A program made the position numbers and the translations under genes. The notes beneath the pieces are model-generated. The model ran no database searches. It had not been told where the DNA came from and was given only the letters and a program-made list of their open reading frames with translations. DNA of 64,000 bases, taken from assembly GCF_006345805.1 (NCBI RefSeq), contig NC_042999.1, positions 142,600,001 to 142,664,000 of the forward strand. Direction: 5' to 3'. Positions 28,125-41,711 of this stretch are shown piece after piece. The DNA is from Octopus sinensis (taxonomy: Eukaryota). Position 1 is the first letter of the stretch. Each line of letters opens with the position of its first letter.

Positions 28125-28577
28125 TAAAGAGTGTACTAAGATTAATATACCTACTGTATTGAAAAATATATGAATGCATATTTCTTCTGACTTGAAGACT
28201 CTCTGACAACTCTGTGTGTGTGTGTGGTGTGTGTGTGTGTCTCAACTGAGACAGAGGAGGATGAGGAGGACGAGGATGAGGAGTAGGAGGAGGAGGAGGG
28301 ATCAGCTTTCCTTTCAGACATCTATTGTAGACATAACTGTGTTTCAGTTTAATCTTTTTTTATCAAAATGGTTTCATATTTCCTTATTAGCCCTTTCTTT
28401 TCAGTTGGAACAATAATGTCCTAAGTTTATAAACATATCACTTCATAAAGTGTTTATAAACATGTCTCATCTTCCAAGGGAAGTAGCAATAGCAGGATAT
28501 GCTGTTGACATGTTTTATATACTGTAGGCAGAAAAGGATCTTGGAAATTCATGATTGCCAGATGTAAAATTGCTTAA

Positions 28578-28775
28578 CCCTTTCATTACTGTATTTATTT
28601 TGAGATGCTCTATGTTTCTTTCAATTACTTTAAATATAACAAAAAATTTAGTAAAATAACTTAAGCTAGTGATAGGAACATAAATTGTGACTAAGATTTT
28701 AATTCAAAACTCATGAAAACAAGATATTCGTACTCAGAGCTAGAGCCGGTTTCAGTCAGGTTGGTAATGAAAGGG
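28578..28775. mobile_element. piggyBac-type MITE
   Basis: TTAA|ccctttcattac ... gtaatgaaaggg|TTAA. Confidence 0.85.
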
Positions 28776-29299
28776 TTAATGATTAACTCTTGGTGACTTT
28801 CAAAGTTTATTTTCATGTATGTCATGCCTACATATTGGTTTTTGATTTTCATTTTGGTATTGATACAGCTTCCATAGTTTATGATCTAATTTTTTTTATG
28901 GAAGGCTATATAGAATTGTAGCATTACCAACAGTGTTATCAACTGATGCTTTGAATCAAGCTATATTTTATACTCTGTATTATAATGAGATGTAATGGTC
29001 CCTTGCTGTGAATTTGCGGTCAATTGACAAGAGTTATGTGTCTGAGTTGCAAGTTTTATCAACTCATGTTTTCATTCAAATTTGTATATTACCTACGTTG
29101 TAGATGCAGGCATAGGTGTGTGGTTAAAATATTTGATTCTCAACCACATGGGTCCAAGTTCAGTACTTGGGGAAGTTTCTTCTACTGTTACCTCAGGCTG
29201 AGCAAAGCCTTGTGAGTTAGTTTGGTTGATGGAAACTAAAAGGATCCCATTGTATGTATGTATGTATGTATGTATGTATGTATGTGTGTATGTATGTCT

Positions 29300-29835
29300 C
29301 TTCTATTTTTTAATTATTATAACTTTTGCACTGAGGAGGGAGCTGGCTTCCAACAAAGATACAAGGCTCCATTTTTGTGATGTTGTTAATATACACAAAT
29401 TCACATTTAGAACTTGAGAGAAGTCTTGCATATTTTTACTGTTCCACTCACAGATTGCTCTTGTAATATATGAATCAGCTGGTCAATTTCTCTTTCTGAA
29501 AATCCCAGTTTATCCAGACTCTCCTTTCAGCATTCACTAACAGAACTTAGTGCTCCAATTATTATTGGCATGAATGTGAATTCGTAGTCTGGATATAGAA
29601 GCTGGAGGTTGTGAAGCAGTTGTCCATAGATATCCTCTTTTTCTTTGATTTTCAAAGAGATATTTATATCTGCTGAGTGGCTAACCTCATTGATGGTACA
29701 CACTTTTGCCTCTCTGTCCCAAACAACAATATCCAGCCTGTTATGCTTACATTTGACAGAAGTTTTGATTGGAATATTCCACCAATATTCCTTGAGTTGG
29801 TGTTTATGAATGTATTCCATAACAGAGTGATTTTC
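29300..29835 (-). mobile_element. RLE-type (R4/NeSL-like) non-LTR retrotransposon 3' end between (TATG)n tracts
   Basis: YWWNIPIKTSVKCKHNRLDIVVWD...EVS...KEKEDIY...PIIIGAL (PD-(D/E)xK restriction-like endonuclease). Confidence 0.82.
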
Positions 29836-30007
29836 TATGTATGTATGCATATGTGTGTGTATGTATGTATGTATGTATGTATGTATGTATGTATGTATGT
29901 ATGTATGTATGTATGTATGTTGTATGTATGTATGTATGTATGCATGTATGTATGCATGCATGCATGTATGTATGTAAGTATGCATGTATGTATTTATGTA
30001 TGCATGT

Positions 30008-30460
30008 CATTATTCCGTTTATTTCAAGATTTTTTGCCAATAAAGAAAGAACTGGTTTCTAACCTAGATTTAAGGCTCCTTCATTGGAATTTCAACATCA
30101 ACAGCAGGGTATTTTTGTATGTATGTATGTATGTATGCATATATGTATGTATATTTGCGGATTTGTATGTTTTACTTTATGTGTGTCTCCTTATGCATAT
30201 AGTTGCATATCTAGACATGGTCATATATATTTAAATGATAAACTTCTGGAAAGTTTGACAGATCTTTACAGTTTCAGTCATGGATTGGATCTATAGTCTT
30301 CAAATTAGCTTTCTCCTTTCTGCGTTTGAGAAGCCTAATTACTCAAAACTGGTATTTAGGCAGTGTGTTACATATCCCAGGGTCCCAATAATTACAGGTA
30401 TAAACCTAAACTTGTAATCTGTATTAGAGTAGCTGCAGATTTCTCAGTAGTTCAGCATAT
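30008..30460 (-). mobile_element. Second RLE-type retrotransposon 3' end, related to 29300-29835
   Basis: Minus translation YAELLRNLQLL..DYKFRFIPVIIGTLGYVTHCL; 3' end abuts (CATA)n. Confidence 0.75.
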
Positions 30461-30775
<315 letters not shown>

Positions 30776-30785
30776 GTAGTTCAGC

Positions 30786-30816
<31 letters not shown>

Positions 30817-31102
30817 TGTATGTATGTATGTATGTATGCATATGTGTGTGTTTGTATGCATATGTGTATGTATGTATGTATATATGTATGTGTATATGCA
30901 TACATGCATGTATGTATGCATATGTGTGTGTATGTATGTTTGTATGTATGTATGTTTGTATGTATGTATGTTTGTATGTATGTATGCTTGCATATGTGTA
31001 TTTATGCATTTATGTATATATATATGTATGTATGCATATGTGTATGTATGTATGCATATGTGTATGTATGTATGTATGTATGTATGCATGCATATGTGTA
31101 TG

Positions 31103-31136
<34 letters not shown>

Positions 31137-31170
31137 TGTATGTATGTATGCATGCATGCATATGTGTATG

Positions 31171-31201
<31 letters not shown>

Positions 31202-31675
31202 ATATATGTATATGTATGTATGCATATGTGTATGTATGTATGCATATATGTAAGTGTATATGCATACATGTATGTATGCATATGTGTGTGTGTATATGTT
31301 TGTTTGTATGTATGCATGCATATGAGTATGTATACATTTATGTATGTATGAGTGTGAGTATCTGAGTGTTTGTGTTTCCTTGTTTTGACATTGTGATTGT
31401 TGTAAATGAATGTCATTCACTTCCAATAGCCAATATTTTGCAAAAAGATATCTGATCATGTGGAAATATTACCTTAATTTGTAACAGGTAAGGGTTGGCA
31501 ACAGAAAGGACATTTACCCATAGAAGATCTGCCTCAATAAACTCCATCCAACCCATGCAAGTATGGACTCTATAAGTGGACTCTAAAATATTAATGGTGA
31601 TATTATATATGTGCCGAATTTTTTAAATATGCAAAGTCACTGGTTTTAATTGATTAATATCAATCCCTTATTATT

Positions 31676-31706
<31 letters not shown>

Positions 31707-31707
<1 letters not shown>

Positions 31708-32063
31708 GGTGCAGGAGTCGCTGTGTGGTAAGTAGCTTGCTTACCAACCACATGGTTCCAGGTTCAGTTGCACTGCATGGCACCTTGGGTAAGTGTCTTC
31801 TACTATAGCCTCGGGCTGACCAAAGCCTTGTGAGTGAATTTGGTAGACGGAAATTGAAAGAAGCTCATCGTATATGTGTGTGTGTGTTTCTGTGTCTATG
31901 TTTGTCCTCCCAACATCGTTTGACAACCGATGTTGGTGTGTTTACGTCCCCGTAACTTAGCAGTTTGGCAAAAGAGATTGATAGAATAAGTACTAGGCTT
32001 ACAAAGAATAAAGATGGTGCTCCAGCATGACCACAGTCAAATGACTGAAACAAGTAACAGAGT
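31707..32063 (+). mobile_element. SINE family B full-length copy
   Basis: aggtgcaggagtcgctgtgtggtaag (A box), ggttcagttgc (B box), tail gactgaaacaagtaa. Confidence 0.88.
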
Positions 32064-32066
32064 ATA

Positions 32067-32104
<38 letters not shown>

Positions 32105-33574
32105 TATACATTTTCTGATGCCACGTAAAAAGCATTTGTGTCAGTGCTATATAAAATGTACTTGTGCTAGCACCATGTAGAACCACCCATGCCAGCAGCA
32201 CATAAGAAGTACCCAGCACACTCTAAGGATGATGGTATTAGGAAGGGCACCCAGCCATAGAAAATATGTCAAAACAGACAATTGGAGTCTGGCCAGCTCC
32301 AGTCAAACTGTCCAACTCATGCCAACATGGAAAGCAGATGTTAAATGGTGATGATAGTAATGAGAGTTATCAAAAGAGAGAACATTCATTGTTCTAAAAG
32401 TCGAATAATATAATGGTATTCTTGTTCAATTGTTCAGGTAACTGGCAGAATGCATGGCAGACCAGCTACTCTGGAATCTCTGAGCTGTGACAGTCAATAA
32501 AATCAGGAGGTTGTAATGAATGCAGCAGGAAGGTGGGTGAAGACAGTGGGGAACAGGTGAGAGGTATGATAGATGAAAAGATGGGTAAACAAGACATACA
32601 CTAAGGAGCCTAACTTCTATTGTTAACTAGTATATGTTAGAAACCAAAGGGCAAGGCAGTCAAAATGTTTAGGCTTTGTGGGTTGCATCGAAGCATAAAT
32701 TACGGCACATAGGTTGAATAAGATCAGATATTCTTAAAAACATTATTTTGTAATGTAGGCCAAAGTAAATGAATGAGGAAGTCATTATATATTATAATAA
32801 CTTTATTAAAAATGCAGAAAGGAAATAAGAACTCTTCCACATGGTATATATGTATATACAGCCCTATTAAATCAGAATCTTTGTAATGAGAAAGGAAATA
32901 GAATTTGTTCAAATGAATGTATAATTTCTTGAGAAGATGAATGCATCATAGGAAGCTTGCACTGTTTCAGCAGTAAGACATTTCAATATCGATCATTTCA
33001 CTAGAATTTATAGGAATGAACATGAGCATACATTTAAAAAAGAAAACAAAAACCCTCTCTGTATGGCTTGGTATGTATAAACAACAGGAAGAGGAAAAAC
33101 GTCACATATTTTAGTATATGGATTCATAAGTTTGGTTGAGGATTTAATTGAGGCAGGATATTATTGCTGGATGCTTTTCCTATCATCAACTCTTACCTGT
33201 ATTTTAATTAAGGAATTTATTTTATTCCATAGGTCCATCAAAGTGCAGAGCAACCATACATAATATCAATAATGAATTTAGCTATTTTGTTGGTAACGAA
33301 AATAAAACTGGGATGTTAATAGTCACACACATACACACGTGCAATGAACTTCCTACAGTTTCTGTCTATCAAATTCACTTACATTGGTAAGTCCAGAACT
33401 ATTGTAGAAGACACTTGCTCAAAGTGCTGCACGGTAGGACTGAACACAAAACCTTTGGTTGTAAAGTAAGCACACAGCCATGCTTGTGTTTCACAGCCAT
33501 TACCTACTTATAATACACCATTTACTTCACTGTGCCAAAAATGAATAATCATATTTAGCATTTCTCTTCTTTCG

Positions 33575-33833
33575 CTTGGCCCCCGTGCCGGTGGCACGTA
33601 AAAAGCACCATCCAATCGTGACCATTTGCCAGACTCGTCTGGCACTTGTGCTGGTGGCACATAAAAAGCACCCACTACACTCACGGAGTGGTTGGCGTTG
33701 GAAGGGCATCCAGCCGTAGAAACATTGCCAGATCAGACTGGGCCTGGTGCAGCCTTCTGGCTTCCCAGACCCCAGTTGAACCGTCCAACCCATGCTAGCA
33801 TGGAAAGCGGACGCTAAACGATGATGATGATGA
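33575..33833 (+). mobile_element. SINE-like family A, young copy
   Basis: Almost identical to 12400-12632. Confidence 0.9.
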
Positions 33834-34770
33834 TATTATACATATTGTTATATGGTCATATTTTGTCAAATATTTCTTTTCTCTTTCATCCATATATATA
33901 AGAGCTATATAAACAGTGTACATAAAGTATATAAATATTTTGATAATGTACAAGTAAGCAAATCATATAAAAAGCGAGAATTTATGAGATACAACTTGAA
34001 ATAAGATATATAAAATAATTTACAAGTTATATAAATTCTAATAAAATGTAATATAACATGTTGAAGTGTTACATGATGCAATTTCATATGTAAATATTTT
34101 TCAAAGCTATAAACTTTTAAAAGGAAAGCAAGAAAATCAGAAAATGTTTCTGAAAAATTTATTTGTTCACACTAAATAAAGTAGAAGTGTTCTAGGACAG
34201 AGCATCTACTATAGACATGACCACTCTGTCTGGTATTACAAGAACAACTTCCATTTATAAAATTGTAAAATATTTACCAAGTAAAATTTTTAAATAAGTG
34301 AAATATTTTGATTCAAAGACAATTTTTCGCCTTACTTTCCCATTTATTTTTTACCTCACATGTTTTGACCTAACCTTTTTTTAATAAACCAAATTTCAGT
34401 TATGTTATCTGAAAATGTAGCTTTTGACTGAACCATCATTGCTAAAAAGAAAAAACTGCATTCAATTTGGTTAAGAACTGAATTTGTAATGAAGCCTATA
34501 AGAGCTCGCGAGTAACTAAAAGTTGACCTTAAGGGTATATTCACCCACTACTGTGGTTGAATGATGTATATGATACTACTATTTCTATGTTGTATATACA
34601 TGAGATTATAACAAGATATTCGTAAAGTGCTTATTCAGCCAGTAGTGAAAAATTTTCTTTTGTGTGTCTGCACTGACAAAATGGAATGTTTCATTATAAG
34701 ACAATGTTGTTGAGGGGGTAGAATTACAACTGTGGAGAAATTCTATAATGCGGATAAAGGTTATTGGAAG

Positions 34771-35342
34771 AAGGCAGCGAGCTGGCAGAAACTTTAGCAC
34801 GCCGGGCGAAATGCTAAGCGATTTTTCATCTGCTGTTACGTTCTGAGTCCAAATGCCGCTGAGGTCGACTTTGCCTTTCATCCTTTCGGGGTCGATTAAA
34901 TAAGTACCAGTTACGCACTGGGGTCGATGTAATCGACTTAATCCCTTTATCTGTCCTTGTTTGTCCCCTCTGTGCTTAGCCCCTTGTGGGTAGTAAAGAA
35001 ATAGGTATTTTGTTTGTCTTTACTTCTGAGTTCAAATTCCACCGAGGTCAACTTTGCCTTTCATCCTTTCGGGGTCGATTAAATAAGTACCAGTTACGCA
35101 CTGGGGCCGATGTAATCGACTTAATCTGTTTGTCTGTCCTTGTTTGTCCCCTCTGTGTTTAGCCCCTTGTGGGTAGTAAAGAAATAGGTATTTCGTCTGT
35201 CTTTACATTCTGGGTTCAAATTCCACTTTGCCTTTCATCCTTTCGGGTTCGATAAATTAAGTACCAGTCATGCACTGGGATCAATGTAATCGACTGGCCT
35301 CCGCCCCCAAAATTTTGGGCCTTGTGCTTCAAATAGAAAAGT
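34771..35342 (+). mobile_element. SINE family C with a triplicated core
   Basis: Head aggcagcgagctggcagaa followed by three ~182-bp tandem units. Confidence 0.88.
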
Positions 35343-35691
35343 AAAGGTTATTGGAAGGGCATGTGACTGGGGAAAGAAGAATAAATCTAAAGATGGAAGA
35401 AGATCAAGAAGCAACCCAGTTAAACATTAAAAATGGAAGGTACAACTTATCAATGGCAAATGGTGAATATTTTACGATGTTGATAAAATACATATTGGTA
35501 TGTCTTATATAATTTGTGTTTTAGTTTTTATGTGTTAATTTATCTGTGCTTGTGTATAAGTGGTTTTGTAGCTCTGTGTGTATAATTGTATGTATATATG
35601 CGTGGATTAAATTGTTTAACCAATAAAAAATTTAAATTTAAAGTTTTTCAGATTCTGTATTTTATGTTCTATGAAAATCTATTAAGTACGT

Positions 35692-35871
35692 AGGCGCAGG
35701 TGTGGCTGTGTGATAAATTTGCTTCCCAATCACATGGTTTCGGGTTTAGTCCCACTGCATAGCACCTTGGCAAGTGTCCTCTACTATACCCTCGGGCCGA
35801 CCAAGGCCTTGTGTGTAGATTTGATAGACAGAAAGGGAAAGAAGCCCGTCGTATAAATGCCTCTGTGTGTG

Positions 35872-35952
<81 letters not shown>

Positions 35953-36140
35953 ATGCGTGTGTGTGTGACCACCACATAGCAACCAGTGTTGGTGTGTTTA
36001 CGTCCCCGTAACTTCGTGGTTCAGCAAAAGATACCGATAGAATAAGAACCAAGCTGGTCAATCATTCGACTAAAAATTCTTCAAAGCGGTATCACATTAT
36101 GACTGCAGTCTAAAGACTGAAAAAAGTAAAAGATAAAAGA
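35692..36140 (+). mobile_element. SINE family B full-length copy
   Basis: aggcgcaggtgtggctgtg...; central (GT)n; tail gactgaaaaaagtaaaaga. Confidence 0.88.
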
Positions 36141-37203
36141 TATACATCAGTATATTTTGTATTTCTTGATTTATGAATTTCATTACTTACTTTATTACTT
36201 ATTAAGTGTTTTGTGTGTTATTGTGCGCATGCGTTGAATGAATTTATTTAAAGTTTCTCGATATATGCATTTCATAATAGGAATCATATAATTCTATTTC
36301 GCATATACCAGACATCTTGTTAAAATTCTCCCAACGACTTGAAGTATTTTAAAGTGACACCAGATTATTTTCAAGAAATGTAGTTTTGATGTAGTTTCAC
36401 AAACTAAAATCACATTCATTTTCCTAAAAGTTAATAATAAAGAAATTACAAGTATTTAAAGTTATGTAATTTCAGTCAATCAGAAGCCTCCAATCTGGTG
36501 AAAGTTTGAGATACTTCAAAAGGATGGAAGAAAATTAGTAAGATACTATACCAGTGTATAGCATAGTGATCGATATATATCGCTGTATATTAAAATGCAA
36601 TGAAATATAATAATCTTATTTTAAATATCTTGTGTTAAATTATGCAACAAAATAATGTAAATACATGCATAAACCTAAGTAGAAACATATACATGCAAGT
36701 CCGTCTAGCTAAGTGCACTTTATATCAAATATATTTTATATAACATTATAGTTTATCGCAATTTGTTGGAATATATTAAATCATGGTACTACAGAAGAAG
36801 ATGTGTTGAAATTTTAAGTAACGTTAGATACATTATTCAAATATATCCACCATTATTCATTAGTGTGTAGATGGTAATATCTGTTTAGTGTATAAACACA
36901 ATACATAATCAGATTTGAAAATTTGTACATCCCTACTATTCAAATACTTAGCACACATACTTTCACTAGTCTACGTATATGTATGCACACACACACACAA
37001 ATATGCATATATGAATATGCATAATACATACAAGCATATATACATATAAAAAAATTGCAGTGTTATGTAGTTGTTTAGAACATCTATACATATCTTTGTA
37101 TACTCAAATATGCATACAAACATATATATACATACATACACACACACACATATATATATGTATGTATTTAAATATACTGATAAATTCACCTTATATTACT
37201 TTT

Positions 37204-37869
37204 GGATCTTTACCTTTTGACTGACAGATTTTAAAAAAATAATTGTTTGTAACTAAACACTTTCAAACTTCGGACACAGGTAGAATGTGTCATATAAAAC
37301 ATCTTTTACTCTTAACGTTTTTGAGAAAATTTAGGAAGTTATTTCACGTTAAAGTTGTCGTATTTTGGTAATTTCAACCAATCAATGATGTGTATTCAGC
37401 TGAATAAAATTATTGCCGTTGTTTTTCAACAACAACTATCAGCAGTGTATTTTTCGTTTGTCACTGTTATTTATGACACTGTTCGTGAGTTTGTACTGGT
37501 TTTAGCTTTAAGGTTAGGGTTAGGGTTAGGGTTTTAGGGTTAGGGTTAGGGTTAGGTTGAGGGTTTTAGGGTTAGGGTTACGGTTAAGGTTTTAGGGTAA
37601 GGGTTGTCATAAATAACAGTGGTAAACGAAATATACACCACCGGAAGTTCTTGTTGACAAACAACAGCAGTAATTTTATCTAGCTGAATACATGTCATTG
37701 ATTGGTTGAAATTATCGAAATACTACAACTTTAACGTGAAATATCTTCCTAAATATATGCTTTTCTCAAAAACGCTAAGAGTAAAAGATGTTTTATATGA
37801 CACATTCTACCAGTGTCCGAAGTTTGAAAGTGTTATTTTTTAAATCTGTCGGTCAAAAGGTAAAGATCC
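37204..37869. mobile_element. Fold-back/MITE DNA transposon, ~275-bp TIRs, 8-bp TSD, central (TTAGGG)n
   Basis: ttactttt|ggatcttttaccttttgac ... gtcaaaaggtaaagatcc|ttactttt; telomere-like array ~37507-37604. Confidence 0.92.
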
Positions 37870-38029
37870 TTACTTTTAAATAATGCTTACATATGTATAT
37901 GAACATACAAACACATAGATGTACATATATTTATACAAAAGTATGTACGAATAAATAAGGTATTCAAAGTTTAAGTTAATTTTGAAATGCAGATAAGTAT
38001 AAGTTATTGAAAAATATTTAGATATAAAT

Positions 38030-38220
38030 TCTATCTGAAATAGGCACAAAACCTGAAATGTGGAAGAAGGAATAGTCGATTACATCGACCCAAGTTCTCG
38101 ACTGGCATTTATTTTGACGACACCAAAAGGCAGAAACGACGGAATTTGAACTGAGAACGTAAAGACTGAGGAAATGATGCGCAGTAATTTGTCTGGCATG
38201 CAAACGATTCTGCCAGCTTG
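38030..38220 (-). mobile_element. SINE family C, decayed
   Basis: gaatttgaactgagaacgt...ttctgccagct is the reverse complement of the family C head. Confidence 0.7.
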
Positions 38221-38661
38221 TCGATTAATACATTTAAGTATAAATAAGATTATGATATTTCTTATGCTAAAACTGGGTATTAATAAACTAAATATAAATG
38301 AGAAGTTAAGAGTATCGTTATTTTTTACTGAATTGCGAATGTTATCCGTTTGTGAATTTTAACAGCATATAGTATTTTAAAGTTTGAGGAATTATTTCAG
38401 AATATTTATTGATTTTATTTTAAAGAATGAATTTTATATGACTTAGTGATACAAGATTGACATGACTTTTTGTTCTGTTGTTACTATTTGGTATATGATA
38501 GGATTTTTCGGAAGATATTGTATTCGTATTGGACACTTCTTAATGTTCATGCGAACCCAAATAAAAAAGTAATGGTTTTCCTATTAGGATTATTCAAAGT
38601 GTCTGTGTGTTATATCGATTTTTGAAAGAGCTTACGATTAGTCTAATGTATGAAAATAGTA

Positions 38662-38901
38662 TTCTCTTTTATTCTCTTTTACTTGTTTCAGTCATTTGAC
38701 TGCGGCCATGCTGGAGCATCGCCTTTAGTCAAGCAAATCGACCCCAAGACTTATTCTTTGTAAGCCTAGTACTTATTCTATCGGACTCTTTTGCCGAACC
38801 GCTAAGTTACGAGGACGTAAATACACCAGCACGCAATGGGACTGAACCCGGAACCATGTGGCAGGTAATCAAGCTACTTACCACGCGACCACTCCTGCGC
38901 C
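38662..38901 (-). mobile_element. SINE family B with internal deletion
   Basis: 3' half joined directly to the head (…acaccagcacgcaatgggactgaacccggaacc…actcctgcgcc). Confidence 0.85.
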
Positions 38902-39059
38902 CATATGTATGAAAAAACTCAGAACGAGGAAGACGAGAAGAGAAACTAGACGGAGAGATAGAAGTGGATAAGGTTGTAGTGAATAAAGGAGATTAGAATG
39001 CATTGCTGCGCAGTAAATTACCTTTGTAAAACATTTTCGTAGTGGAAGACAGGTAATTT

Positions 39060-40330
39060 TGTTATTGAAGCTGCAGTTGATTGAAGATATCTGGTTTTTG
39101 GTTTAATTTTATTTGGTTAGAAGTTGCTATTATTTGTGAAAAGTTATAGCTGTGGAGTAGGGAATTTTTATGACCATTTGTATTTAGAAATTTGTAATAT
39201 TTGTAAATTGGGTAGGAAGTGTTTTGGAAACGGTACAAAACTGTTTTAACTTTTGAGGTTATCACTTGGAGGCAATAGGGTGGATTATACTAAATTATGC
39301 TTTTCTTCTGTTTCTGAGGTTTTGTTTTGTTATGCTTGTGTGGGGTTCCTTTTCTTCTGTATAACATCTTTTTTTGAAGTTACATTGCAATTATGTAAAT
39401 TTTCTTTAAGGATTGCTACATTAGAAGATAACCGGAAGATTTTGAATGATATAGTATGGACTAGGTTATTTAAAATTTTCTAGTATGCTTAAAACATCTA
39501 GAAATGTATTCAAATTTTTTGTTTGGTTATCTGTATGGCCATAGGCTGAGATATTCAGATTTAACGTGACTTCTAAGCAGCTAATTTTGAGCGCGGATAT
39601 CATTGGTAATTTTAAAACCTTTTTTTTTTTTTTCAAGAAATTGAAAAACTTTTCTCTGAATTTGTTTATCTTTTTATTATAATTTTTAAAATAAGACCAT
39701 CATCTCTGTAAAGTCCTCCAGATATGAAAAGACATATTTGTTCTAATAATTTTAAAATATATAAACCAACGAGATTTCTTATTTCAGCAGAATCTGTTGC
39801 ATTGCTTCTAACATGAAAAGGCTCAGAACTCCGCTGTTTAATCCTGTGAGTTTTTATTGAAAAATAACGCGGATTTTCTTGCTTAGAAAATGGTTTCAAT
39901 ATTCAATGAGTGTTACAGTTTTCACATAGTTAATTGTATCATTGTTGCAATTAATTTGGTGATGGAAGGAGAGTAGCCATAAGTGTCAAACTGAACGAAA
40001 TGGCATTCTTTTCTATTTTGGTTGGTTGTGAACCGTTCAGCAACAGAAGAATTGTTTCAAAGTGATAATGGAGATCGGTGCTTAAATTCGGATATAAAGC
40101 AATCAATAACAGATTTACTTACAGGTCCGATATCAGTTTTCGGAGGATTAATAAATCTGGTGGTTGGATGATGAGGAAAATTCGGTTAATGATCTTTTAA
40201 TGTTATATAAGGTCCCTAAGAGGTTAAATGTTCTTTCTAGCATCGACTTAAAGAGTAGTTTCTTTATTTTTGATGGATGTATTAATTTCGTCTCAGTCAA
40301 AACTAATTACATAATAAATTTGACACTAAG
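39060..40330 (-). pseudogene. Decayed Penelope-like RT of a second PLE lineage
   Basis: Minus translations RFINPPKTDIGPVSK, FVQFDTYGYSPSI, DSAEIRNLVGLYIL...GLYRDDGL. Confidence 0.8.
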
Positions 40331-40891
40331 TATTTATCCGCCCATCAGTGAATGTTCTGTAATTATTCTTTAAACTCTTTTAAAATAACAACCATAAAAT
40401 TAACACGCTCATGCACGCATACACACAGACAGACAGACACACAATGCCTCATATGAGGCATTCTCAAGTCCTTTTTAGTTTATATACATCCAGTTACAGA
40501 TATAACAACTGTATTCCTGTTTTATCTGTTTTCATCAAGCTATTCTCATGAGTTTATTTTCTTTTTGAATTGCAAAGTTCCTAAATCCACCGTCAACTTT
40601 TCCAGACTTTCGTATCTTCTTAATGAAACGATGTTGGAATAGACAAAGACACAGACATTTGAATTCTTTTGCTGTTCAATTTATACTTCATCAGTTACTG
40701 TTTACTTTTATCTGAGATTGTTGTATGTTATCTGTGTACTTATTTTATGAATGCACTGTGCCATGAGTATTGTGGATTTGTAGATAATTCCTTGTGTGAA
40801 CATGTGTGTGTGTGAGTGTGTTTGTGTACAGATATATACATATACATACGTACATACATACATACATACATACATACATACATACATACAT

Positions 40892-40926
<35 letters not shown>

Positions 40927-40927
40927 T

Positions 40928-41240
40928 CTTTTATCTTTTGCTCATCCCAGTCATTAGATTACAGCCATGCTGGGACACTGAAAGGTTTTAGTCAAAAGAA
41001 TCGACCCCAGTACTTCATTTATTAAAGCTCAGTACTTATTCTATCAGTCACTTTTACCGAACCACTAAGTTAGTTGGACGTAAACTACACCAGTTGTCAA
41101 GCGGTGGTGGTGAAGAAACAGACACAAAGACACACACACACACATGTACACAACAGGCTTCTTTCAGTTTCCATCAATGAAATCCTCTCACAAAGTCTTG
41201 CTCGGCCCGAGATTTTTTTAAAAGACAATTGCCCAAGGTA
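40928..41240 (-). mobile_element. SINE family B copy
   Basis: cagtcattagattacagccatgctgg...gcccaaggt. Confidence 0.8.
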
Positions 41241-41658
41241 ACGCATATGTGTTTACCATTTTGTTTAGTGTTGTGTGATGTTTATGTAAAGCATTTGTTC
41301 CTTGCTATGTGTTCAATACTCATAACACAGCACATTGCTACTGTTAATACACAAATGACACTAATCGCTAACAAAAAATACACACCTAGCTGATGAGGAA
41401 GAAACCTAACGGTTAAAACTTCATGTTCCAGCAGTAATGTCTACATCAATCATATTGGGTCTGCCTATTTTAACATGTAGCAACTCACGCCAGTATCACT
41501 TCAGCTAGAAGATAAAACAACGATGATCTAAGAAACTTCGAGGATGGATCTGAGAGCTTTAATATACCAGTCAAACTGCATACAAACTCTTTCGAAATTA
41601 TGAGAAAAAAATCCCTTTGATAAAAGTCGGTAGCGTTCCGATACAATACAATACAACC

Positions 41659-41703
<45 letters not shown>

Positions 41704-41711
41704 CATTTATA

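Noticed and set aside
30040-30090. Minus-strand atgaaggagcct..aggttagaaacc as a hammerhead
   Set aside because: The core does not fit CUGANGA or a 3-8 swap; more likely an RLE-element 3' UTR stem-loop.
30781-31459. Many overlapping MYVC/HTYI ORFs (also at 3.5, 11.3, 20.8 and 59.6 kb)
   Set aside because: (TATG)n, (CA)n and (TA)n microsatellite artefacts.
37507-37604. TTAGGG array as a true telomere or fusion site
   Set aside because: Short, degenerate, single orientation, and enclosed in TIRs with a TSD.
41385-41435. ctgatgag-gaag..cttc as a hammerhead
   Set aside because: The GAAA half of the core is missing and stem I is unclear; at best a dead remnant.
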